Assembly (NCBI GenBank): GCA_040954595.2
Contig: CM082577.2
Span: forward strand, 16,065,903 to 16,129,902
DNA from: Balanoglossus misakiensis
Taxonomy: Eukaryota; Animalia; Hemichordata
DNA: 64,000 nucleotides
Reading direction: 5' to 3'
The notes beneath the pieces were generated by a model that had not been told where the DNA came from, searched no databases, and was given only the letters and a program-made list of their open reading frames with translations. A program made the position numbers and the translations under genes. Below are positions 25,424 to 35,834 of the stretch, one piece after another. Numbering within the stretch: position 1 is the stretch's first letter; the number at the start of each line of letters is the position of its first letter.

Positions 25424-28400
25424 TTATTTGTGCTGGTCAAAAACTGGTCGAAATTTTTTTACAAAAAACTTAAACTTTTTTGAAGTTTCATGGGTCAATG
25501 GTTCCCCAAATACAAAAAGCTGGAAAAATCCCAACATCATTGCATAGCATTTTGGGTAGTCTAAATCAAAGATGTAATAAATTGACATCAATTGCATCAG
25601 ACCTGCTGTAATGCTGTTGCTCTGGCACTTTATGCTGACAGTATCTCCAACAATGTATATGCCGGTAACATGCATGTTTTCTCTGAACAGTACGATATGG
25701 GGTGGCAACATGTCCTTGGTTTTTAGCTTTTCCTTGATGACTCTATCTTCAATATCCTGCGTGGAAGACAAGGAAAATTATAAGTAATATTATTTATAAA
25801 TATAAAGCAAGAGTTAAGATATGCTTGTTCAAGACACATAAGCAGACTAATAACATATTTAAGCAATAACCCCCGCCGCAGGCATACACGAGATTTTGGT
25901 ACAATTCGAGACATATAGCACGAGCCGTAAGGAGCTATATGGAGCGAATTGTACCCAAATCGAGTGTATACCCGACTGAGGCGGGGGTTATTGCTATTAT
26001 ATTATATCAACAATTGATTTTTGTTGCATATCATTGTAGAGTGTAAAATATAAAATATGCTCGACCGCAGTTCCTGTCTTCTGAATGATCTTTATTTAGA
26101 TCGAGCATATTTTATATTTTACACTCTGGGTCGAGCATATTTTATATTTTACACTCTGTTCTACGTCCGATGTGCTCCCACCTTCCGCTGAAAACTTCGA
26201 TAGTTGTAGTTGGACTGACTTTCCTACCTATCCTTTATATCATTGTAGTTTTCTTAACGAAACAGCGTGCCCGAGCGGCCCGGGATCGAGCATTCAACAT
26301 GAAGCAGATGACAAAAGTGACAAAAGTGAAAAAAATTCAGAGCAGAGCAGTTCCAAAATAAAATGTTATTAAATTCAAGTATTTTCTGTTATTTATTTGG
26401 TTTAATCTCGTGCGACTGTGGTTTAACCGCACATTTTCCCTGTTGCATGCTAGTTCAGGGGCCCGTTTTACCACTGCCAGCAGTGGTAAAACAGTATTTT
26501 ACCATCGCTCTCGACCAATCCGAATCGCGGACAGTAGCATGATAAAATATATTATATTATATATATATATATTATATAATAGCATGCTACCGTCCGCGAT
26601 TCTGATTGGACGAGAGCTATGGTAAAATACTGTTTTACCACTGCTGGCAGTGGTAAAACGGGCCCCTGAACTAGCAAGCAGCAGGGAAAATGTGCGGTTA
26701 AAGGGACAAAGTCTCTGTGTCGCTGCCCTTTTTCCATTAATTATATTTGATACAAGACACCGTTTATATTATTCTACATGTGGATATATAGTGATTCAGC
26801 ATTCAACTACACACAACTTCCATCCCACTTGCAGACACGTGAGTGAAAAACTCGCCAAAATGAATAATCGGTGTTTACCTTTTATTCATTTTAGTGGGAC
26901 TTTTACTCTCATATGCTACAAACGGGATGGAAGTTGTGTGTGGTTGAACGCTGATTCACTATATATCCACATGTAGAATAACATAAACAGTGTCTTGTAT
27001 CAAACATAATTAATGGAAAAATGGCAGCGAGAGAGAGACTTTGTCCCTTCAAACCACAGTCGCGCGGGATTAAACCAAATGAATAGCATAAAAACACTTG
27101 AACTTACGAACGCTTTATTTTGGTACTGCTCTGCTGTGAATATTTTGCACTTTTGTCACTTTTTGTTGTCTGCTTCGTGTTTAATGCTCGATCCCGGGCC
27201 GCTCGTGTTTACATTCACCGTCGCCATGTTGGTTCACGATCATAATTTCTCTTTCTGACGCCGTTTCGGTAAGAAAATGACACTGATATGCCACAAAAAC
27301 AACTGTTGATATAATAATAGCAATAACCCCCACATCAGTCGGGTATACACTCGATTTGGGTACATTTCGCTCCATATAGCACTCGCCTAACGGCTCGTGC
27401 TATATGTCTTGAATTGTACCAAAATCTCGTGTACACCCGCCTGTGGCGGGGGTTATTGCTTAAATATTATTTTTATTACTCGAGTCAATCTGAATATGTA
27501 TGTTGCTATTTAAAACACAATGGCAAGTGCTGTTTGGTGATTTTTTTCAGTTTTTGTTTTGTGTCTTAAATGTTCTAGTCCCAAATGCATGTTAGGACCT
27601 TGTGTCCAGCTACATACAAATAGTACTGAGTTGGACTGAGATCACTGTGTACTTACATCAAACACTTCAATGATACTTCTGAAATGTTGAGTATTCTTTC
27701 CACCACGGTCAAATTTGGTTTCTTTCTCAACAAACTGTACAATCTCCAATATTATACCAGGATCCTGAAAAAATACAAGATCAAGTGATTCTTAAATACT
27801 CTGACAGGGTAATTTGGCATATTTTTGTATCTGGACAACAATGTACATAATACAATCACACTATGTTTGCTTCAACATGACAACAAGCCTAATAATCATT
27901 TCACCACCAGGATTTGATGCATCTCACTGCTTTGATAAGAATGCCGGATTACATTATGCGGTATGTAAGATACAGTCAAACCTGTTTTATTGGCTACTTT
28001 GTACAGTCCTTGTGCATTTTACATTTCCATTTATTGACCTGTCTACAAAGGTCAGTATGGGAAAGTCTCTTGACAGTCCAATATAGAAAGGTTTGACTGT
28101 ACATGTAATAGGGTTGACAGGGTTCAGGAAACTATGTCCATCAACCAATAAAGCACCCTACTCTTGTGGTTGATGCTGCTACAAAATCTGAAATCATCAG
28201 TACCACCAATTAATATGTTACTTACATCTGTGCTGTCTCCTTCATCCACAGTTTTCCCTGTCATGACCATACTTGTTGCAATTACTTTCTTCATTTGTTC
28301 AGATATTTCTTTTAACCTTTCATTACCAAATCTGACAGCAAATTCAAATAACACCTGTTGGATGGGAGGAAAAAACGTTACAAACAGTGACACAGTGGGT

Positions 28401-30103
28401 GTATGGTCGATTAAGTCTCAATATTAGGAGGATACTCTGTGAATCATACATCATCATCATCTGAATTTAACTTACAAAAACACCATCAGCGAAACAGGGA
28501 AACTCTTCCACGACATCCTTCAACAGACTCTTGTCATTCTTCTTTAGTATTTCATCTCTGTACTTGACTGTCTCCCTCAATAAAGCCTTGATATGGGCTG
28601 TGTTTCTACTGTTCTTGCTCTTAGACCACTCCTCTCTTAATTCTGTGACATGTGCCTTGATGTCCTCCTCTGATTTCTCAGCTGATGGAGCTGCCACGGC
28701 TGACTTGAATCTCTTGCCTGGTGTGGCTGTTGGGGTATCCAGACGCATTGGTAGCTTACTCTTGACTTTCAAACTGTGACGTATGTGCCTTATCTTCTGT
28801 GATACTGCTTTTGAGAAGAAGGACTAGAGAAAAAATCACTGAAATTAGAGTTTGACCATTTGTAAATTAATTGGTTAATGGGGAGAAGGCTACCTTTACA
28901 TGAAATTGTTAAGTCTAAGTTTGTTGTTTCAAGAAGTAGCAAATATAGAGAAAGTAAAATCATAATAGATTGGTGATTATGAACCCCGATGGTATATCTT
29001 ACCAAGGGATGGTTTCCTGACTCCATCCTTATGCATGGCCAAACAAGATACATTTTTTCACCCAATTTTCTGTAGTGACTGGTTTCTCCAATCTCAGGGC
29101 ATCTTGAATAATAATACTCAGCTGTTTCTGCAATGAACTTGTTCCATACCAACTTAATGTTCTTCTCCCTCAAATGTTGTATGACTAATGGTGAAAATGC
29201 TGGTAGGCTACTATCAATGATGGTTTGAAGAACATCTCCTGTCAAGATTCAAACAAACAGATAAAGAGGAACACTTACTGAAAAAATATTGCAAATTAAT
29301 ACATGTACATGTACATGATTTCTAAGGAAATACAGACTGACAATTTGACATATTGAACAATATGTCAAACAGCGTAGCTATTTACTTACCTGTATGCTGA
29401 AATGTTGGACTAGCGCACTGGCTGTGTGTTCCACTTGGTTCTCCGACTTCAGCATCTTCCGCAGGAGGTTTGGTGGGTGTCATCTTTAAGTGGCCAATTC
29501 TGTCTGCATCGCCTGATGGTGATGTCATGCTTTCACTTGGATGTGAGATCTGTATTGGTCTTGATTCATTCATATCTCTTTCTACCCTAACTTCAGAATC
29601 TTTCAGGAAAATCAAAATTTCCCCTGCCATTTCTACCAGTATATCATCTTCTTCAATTTCTGTACCGTCTGCTTCTGTAACGATTCTTACATTTCCAATT
29701 AAATCCAACTTTTCACATCCTCAAATAATGCAAAAATAAGTAATAGGGTGACGTGTGACTTAAGAAAGATCAGATGTCCTGGTTCAGAAATAGGGGTGAC
29801 TTTCATGTTTGATTACGTTAAAAGTGATGTCTTAACTGTCACGATGAAAAATCAAACAAAACATGTCCATGCAATGATGCATATCATTGAAACATGTGTT
29901 TAGTATGCCAGGCATGGAAAGAACAAAGATTTTTTTCTATTATTTCACAATTATTTTTCAAGGGATGAGAGTACAGATAATACCTCAACATTTTCCACAT
30001 ATTACTGTTTTGAACGTACCTTTTTTATCAGATCTTCCAGTGTTTTTGCAGCAACGCACTTCTTAATGCTTCTGTCAGCATTCCAGACTTTGTAAACAGG
30101 CAT
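25424..30103 (-). CDS. EnSpm accessory gene (7 predicted exons): N-terminal CIDE-N-like domain and SAMD3-like C-terminus
   Basis: Exons 30103-30020, 29719-29390, 29238-29003, 28823-28476, 28354-28226, 27764-27657 and 25756-25424 have GT-AG ends. Phases are consistent except exon 1 to 2, which is 1 nt short in an A-run. The C-terminal LMSIYYIFDLDYPK...LGFFQ motif is typical of EnSpm ORF2/SAMD3-like proteins. Confidence 0.75.
25862..27460. mobile_element. Two family-2 hairpin elements joined tail-to-tail (1.6-kb foldback) in the last intron of the EnSpm accessory gene
   Basis: Hairpins at 25862-25995 (+) and 27319-27460 (-). 26420-26550 is the reverse complement of 26575-26701, around a TA-rich centre. 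Confidence 0.85.
26702..27048. mobile_element. Kolobok-type MITE with ~125-bp TIRs
   Basis: AGGGACAAAGTCTCT...AGAGACTTTGTCCCT with TTAA on the left and TCAA on the right. The empty site (TGTGCGGTTAAACCACAGTC) is visible in the opposite arm at ~26415-26434. Confidence 0.85.
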
Positions 30104-30170
30104 GTTAATAAACTGTTTATATTGTTTTTGATACCAAATGTCCTTCAAATTTAGTAGAAATAATTTGGAG

Positions 30171-32645
30171 TTAAAATATTTGACATACATGGGCATTGAT
30201 GTTCATTGTAACTAGCTTCCCATCATATCTGTATACATTTAGAGGCCACTGAAATTTCAGAGACTGAACCAATTGAATAATGTGTCTGCCATTTGCTTCC
30301 AGTACATAGTGAAGGATGTGAGTGTCAAACACAGATGGCGTGGCTGTACACTCAATTACAAAATACTTCACTTTATCATATACTATTATATCCCTTACCA
30401 AACCAAACAATGGTTCATCCTCCTCATAATCAAATACAAGGGCACAACCCAATTGAAACTCAAGACCATGGACAGTGATAGATGTAGTTCTGTACATTAG
30501 CCATTCATCACATGGTTCTTTTTCACATAAGACACTCATATCATGTACCAAAGCAGGATAATCATTGCTGAAATTGAACTCACGACCACTCTTTACCACA
30601 TCACCATCATATAGAAAGTTACAAGACATTTCTCCATCAACTCCAGTTTGTCTCAGACACATGTACAACTGATGATGCATGCTGAGAGAGTAAGGAAGAT
30701 TCTTGAAGTTTTTTCTTTTCACAGCTTTGATAAATGAGTGCTTGCCTTCAAACCTCATACACCAATGGTGTCTTAGTGGGCCATACATAAGCATTTGATT
30801 AGGGAAATGTACTACGTAGTGTTTTTTGGGGATAAATGATGATTTAGGGTATAGTGCCTGGCTTGTCCTGAGGTAGATTCCAATAAGGATGCGAAGAACT
30901 TGTGCGGTTTCTCTAGTACAATAGGTGCTTGTACATAACAAGAGAATTTGTACAAGTCTGAGAAAATTTACCCAGTTTTCATTTTGTTGTGGTACCTTTT
31001 GTCCGAGAATTAAAGGGATGATTTGACACAGTGTATACAGAGCTGATGATGATTGTTTCACAGCCAAACAGTTTTCAACATCCCCTTTATCAAATGTAGC
31101 TTCAGGCTTACTTTTCCGATGTATGTATGAATAGGGAAATTTGTTTATTTGACCATTAAACCATTTCAGTGAGAACAACTTCAAATTGTAGACACAATGA
31201 TACAACAGACTGGATAGGTCTCTTGGAATTATTCCTTCCAAAAACACATGCATCGGATCTTGTACCAAGCCAGTTGTGATTGAAAAGTTTTCCAATTTCA
31301 TCAAACAACTTGTACCATTAATGCCCCACATTTTGCTCCAATATCTCCGAGTACGCTTTGAAAGCTCCTCCAGCGTTTCACAACGCTGTTTATGTACTTC
31401 ACCATTCCTCATTGGGCATGTAGAATCAAGCAACCTGTTTTTGAGGTCATTACCAGACAAGTCACACATTCTGCAATTTTTATATGCAAAGCCTACTCCT
31501 TCCTTAAACTTTCCAAGCCAGTTTGCAGCCAAAGTATCAGCTGGAACAATCACTAACCCGCCATGAATGTGATGGTGATTACCTCCAATAACCATATCAA
31601 CACCTACACCTGATAGTTGATTTATCATTGAGATGAAATCATTTAACATCTTCTCTAAAGCTCCACTTTCTCTGATGTCTCTTGTTTTTGCTATTCCAAC
31701 AAGTTGTATTGCACTTAACCTTGATCGATATTGAGGTGGAATATTTGCCAACAAATAATAAAATATTGTTATTTTATGCTTCTTAGTATGGCTCCCTAAT
31801 GGATTCACAATTTCCAAATCATCAGTATTCAAGATTAGCATCAATGCTTGGGGATTTTGCTGGAAAAGGGGATTATTTCGAATATAGTCCCCATCACAAA
31901 TGTCGAACATGAATTCATTTTGGGAAACATGTGGATGTTGAACAAAATCCCATACCTCTGGCAACTCCAACAACTTCTGCAAAGACTGACAAAGGGGAAT
32001 GTAATAGCCAACTTTTTCTTTTTCAAGCAAGCAGTTATTCCTTGTTACATGATCTATCCCCAACACAACCTCCAAAGGCTTCACAAAAGGTAAATCTCCA
32101 CATTTCTCATAAAACACCAACCTTTTACTCTGTGTATCCAATCCATTCAACATGTGATCAGCAGTGAAATTGTCAACAAATTCAGAATCAACTCCCCGTT
32201 CATCAAGTTCTTGCTTTAACTTTGTTTTGAAGTATTCTTGCTGTGCATCAAGCAATATGCCCATGGATGAAACTACATCATTTATTGCTATTTGGGACAG
32301 ATTGTGTCTTGCCTCTAAGGCCAAAGTAAACATGGCATTTTGAAAAGATAAACCATCTCTGTCATTGAAAGGCACAGGATTGTCAAAATCTGCCATTTCG
32401 ATGTCGCCTGCATCTCCAAGAGGTGCAGGTCTTGGAATATCGACTATTCTGTGCTTTCTGTGGACATGAACCTTAAACGTATTCCATCGGCGGGTAGTAT
32501 AACTACATGATCCTATACCACAAGTGACTGAAAAGTTGGGATCGTTTTTGTGACGCCTTATATAATGTGTTTGATAATAATCAAAGAAATTCGTGCTATA
32601 AGAACACAAATTACACATGAATGTGTCTCCTTCCATTGGAAACAT
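30171..32645 (-). CDS. EnSpm/CACTA transposase, 824 aa, intronless and apparently intact
   Basis: Two N-terminal C2H2 fingers, then DDLEIVNPLG, ADTLAA, CRMC, DPMHVFLEG, PKKHYVVHFP...YGP...WCMRFEGKH. Confidence 0.93.
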   Translation of the reverse strand: MFPMEGDTFMCNLCSYSTNFFDYYQTHYIRRHKNDPNFSVTCGIGSCSYTTRRWNTFKVHVHRKHRIVDIPRPAPLGDAGDIEMADFDNPVPFNDRDGLSFQNAMFTLALEARHNLSQIAINDVVSSMGILLDAQQEYFKTKLKQELDERGVDSEFVDNFTADHMLNGLDTQSKRLVFYEKCGDLPFVKPLEVVLGIDHVTRNNCLLEKEKVGYYIPLCQSLQKLLELPEVWDFVQHPHVSQNEFMFDICDGDYIRNNPLFQQNPQALMLILNTDDLEIVNPLGSHTKKHKITIFYYLLANIPPQYRSRLSAIQLVGIAKTRDIRESGALEKMLNDFISMINQLSGVGVDMVIGGNHHHIHGGLVIVPADTLAANWLGKFKEGVGFAYKNCRMCDLSGNDLKNRLLDSTCPMRNGEVHKQRCETLEELSKRTRRYWSKMWGINGTSCLMKLENFSITTGLVQDPMHVFLEGIIPRDLSSLLYHCVYNLKLFSLKWFNGQINKFPYSYIHRKSKPEATFDKGDVENCLAVKQSSSALYTLCQIIPLILGQKVPQQNENWVNFLRLVQILLLCTSTYCTRETAQVLRILIGIYLRTSQALYPKSSFIPKKHYVVHFPNQMLMYGPLRHHWCMRFEGKHSFIKAVKRKNFKNLPYSLSMHHQLYMCLRQTGVDGEMSCNFLYDGDVVKSGREFNFSNDYPALVHDMSVLCEKEPCDEWLMYRTTSITVHGLEFQLGCALVFDYEEDEPLFGLVRDIIVYDKVKYFVIECTATPSVFDTHILHYVLEANGRHIIQLVQSLKFQWPLNVYRYDGKLVTMNINAHVCQIF

Positions 32646-33630
32646 TAAATAAAGAATGAATTCATTGAAGAAAAGGACATATGATTATGCAATGCTCATG
32701 AAAAATGCAACAGCAGAGTGCAGTAAGGTGCATACTTCACTACCCGCTACCGTTGATAGGTCTGATGATGAATAAATTTGACGTTAAAAGCCGATGGGAA
32801 GCTCCAACAATGACGTGTATCAACATATTTCATAGAAGGTTTTGGTGTTTCATTCAAAAAATGCCTTACCAAAGTCTGGTCTTGCTTCCGCACGACTGCC
32901 TTCTGCAGCGCACCTCATGCATTCGCGCGTTTCCACAAAATGTCGTTCTTTCGAAATGATGCATGATGGGATGAAAAAAGGGCGCCAAAATTAAACACCA
33001 AGTGTTTAGGGATAGAACGCCACCTTGCACGCCAATGTTAGAAGTAACAAAACGAAATGGTTTTCTAATGTTTTTTGCAATTTTTCAAATTTTCAACCGG
33101 AACTAAATATCTGAAAAACTATTGTGTGGACCTTCTTTTCAGGAAAAAACATGCTTTTGGCAACTGTAGACCGGAGATATTTTTCACTTGGTGTGCCACA
33201 CCTTATATCAAAATCGTATATGTTTGCCGGGCAGCCAGGTAATTGCAAATTTGACAAAACCATATTAGACTAAAACAACCGAAAATTGTTGATTCTTTCA
33301 CACATATTGCAAAATTACGATCTTGCATTGGTTTTGAACACTTGAGGGAGATGGGTTGTTAACGCCTTGTGTGCAGGTTAAGAACATCAGTGTGTGCAAT
33401 ATTTAACATGGCGTTAACACTATGAACACTATGTGTTCAAATTTGAACACCAACGTCTAAAGTTTGAACACGTAATTACGCGTCTGGCGTCCGCTATTTT
33501 TACAGTGTGGCCATTGTGTCAGACGACGCGACCGTGATTGACGTGACCGAGTCTGCGCACTTACGCTGGTCATGTGACCGGTTTATATTTTTTCTGCTAT
33601 TTCCCTAGAGGGATTCATAGTCGATTCTAC

Positions 33631-33890
33631 TTTTAGCTCACGTGAAAATCACGTGAGCTTATAGTTTAGCAATGTCTGTGTGTGTGTATGTGTGTGTGTA
33701 TGTATGTATGTATGTATGTATGTGTGTGTGTGTGTGTGTGTCTGTCTATATACCCGATATCTCAAGAACCGCTGAACCGATTTCAACCAAATTTAGTACA
33801 CAGGTTCAGATATCATATGGCAAGAACTGAAAAGGTTTTGGTAGGTGTGGCTTGGATAGTAATGAAATTATCAAATTTTTAATTTTTCTA
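33631..33890 (+). mobile_element. Helentron-associated (HINE/DINE-like) repeat with TG/TATG microsatellite (33675-33745)
   Basis: TTTTAGCTCACGTGAAAATCACGTGAGC stem-loop start, then a microsatellite, then GATATCTCAAGAACCGCTGAACCGATTTCAACCAAATTT. The right end is undefined. Confidence 0.55.
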
Positions 33891-35446
33891 ATGCACGGTA
33901 TCGCCACGTATGACCAGTGTAAATGATTCATCGAAGAGATTGACTGTGAGGGCGCTGTGAAATGAGACATTCCTGGTGATATTGCCGTGGTTCTGTCCAC
34001 AGGCGCCGATTGCTTCGCGATGGGGGGGGGGGGCTGCAGTACTGAAGCCCCCCACCCCCACCCATCACGAACTGCAGCCCCACCATCGCGAAGCTATCGT
34101 CTTAAGCGCCTGTGGTTCTGTCCATGCTCAGACGCTGTACCCGTCGTTACGAATAACTTCCCTACGTGAATCCACAAGGTAGCTAACATTGTTCAGTTGC
34201 TTCATAGAGCGTAAATTGTTAATCTACAGGACCGTCAGACGAATACTCTTTTCAAATGAAGTTTGAAACTACTTACGAGTAAGTTAGTGGAGACAATATG
34301 GCGGATAGTTGGCGTGCAGCCGAATCCGTGTTATGACTATGACGTGACCCATTCATCAAGACAAACCGTAAATGATTCACGCATATTGTGGTCCTCACGC
34401 AGTCAATCTCAAAATGTCACCAGGCTTTCTATTTGTCTATTGTTCAGAGAAAAATAACATGGCGGTTGATCACACTCAACAGTAAAATCCGTTTTGTGTG
34501 TTTATAGACAGTCTGTTATCGCCAATACTATATAGCGATTGCTAGATGGCCTACCCAATATGTGATCGAGCGAGAATGATAACATTGAATGTCTGTTCAG
34601 ATCTCATTCCGTACGTCATACGTCAACATTTCGATTTCGATTTAATCCATTCATAAAGAATTTAGAGAAAGTCGTCTTGAATTGTGACCCTGACTATCAA
34701 TTTTACAATGATTTTTTGGCGACGGAATACACGAGACGCCATAGTCTAGAATCTATCCGTTCATAGTCACATTCACCCTATCACGTCTAGGAATGCCTAA
34801 CCAAAATCTAGTAAGGCCATAAAAATGGTAATTTGAATGTGAATAGTCTCCAACTGAGCAATCTGATGTCAAGCGTCACCACGTGATCATGATTATGTAT
34901 CATTCAGGGCGGAGCTACATTGTAAACATAATTAACATTCAACGTCATCACCTCATTAACATTGATAGCGACTGCGAACATGGCGTCCAAAGAACTACCT
35001 CATCAAGCTATTTCAGAAACGATAACACACACTTTAAAAGCAACCCCAGGTATTTTTTCACTGAAAAAACAACAAGAGGATGCGTTGTCTGGCTTTATAA
35101 AAGGGAGAGATGTCCTATGTGTGCTACCAACGGGGTTCGGAAAGTCTCTCATTTATCAACTCTCACCGAAGGTGGTTAGGGCTATGAACGCTGAAAGTCA
35201 AAGCTGGAGACTTGACGGTGTTACCAATCCTATCGTTCTCGTAACTAGCCCTCTGAACGCACTGATCAAGGATCAGATTCAAAGCTGTGTGAAACTTGGC
35301 GTGCAGGCAACGTGTCTTGGGAGAGACAACGAAGGTATTGCCAAAGGGAAGTACGAGTTGGTGTATGGCAGTCCAGAACAGTGGATTGAAAATCCGAAAT
35401 ACGCGCGAATACTGCAAAGCGGCATATACCAGCAAAATGTCATAGG

Positions 35447-35834
35447 TGTAAGGACGCCCAGTTCTTAGAGAAACTGAAATATTTAGTCTAGCGCCCTCGC
35501 GCTGTGAGTACATTAGCGCATGCGCATTTTGTTTAGAAAATATATAGAAAATTCCATGGCGCACATGTGAGGACATTTGCACAGTTAGCCTGGGGATTTT
35601 TGCCAGTTTTCTAAGGAAACTTCAACCACCGCGACGCATCATCCAGTGCCTGTGTTGTATGTTCAGTCATTAAATGTTCGTGTAAAGTTGCGATCAGCGT
35701 TTTCTGTGACATCTGACAAGGAATGTTCGTCGGCGATGGTGAGCTCCAGTTAGTTAACGGCAAATTCTATAGAACCCTGTGACCTTTGATGTGAATTCGG
35801 GCGCCATTTCAGACGGCACATCAAGGTTACTACA
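35447..35834 (+). repeat. BEL 5' LTR (388 bp)
   Basis: TGTAAGGACGCCC...GGTTACTACA. Confidence 0.92.

Larger units (their letters stand above)
22294..33507 (-). mobile_element. Complete animal CACTA/EnSpm (CMC) DNA transposon
   Basis: Termini CACTGTAAA (22294) and TTTACAGTG (33507), a 2-bp TG duplication on both sides, dense AACAC/GTGTT subterminal repeats at both ends, and internal transposase plus second gene. Confidence 0.92.
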
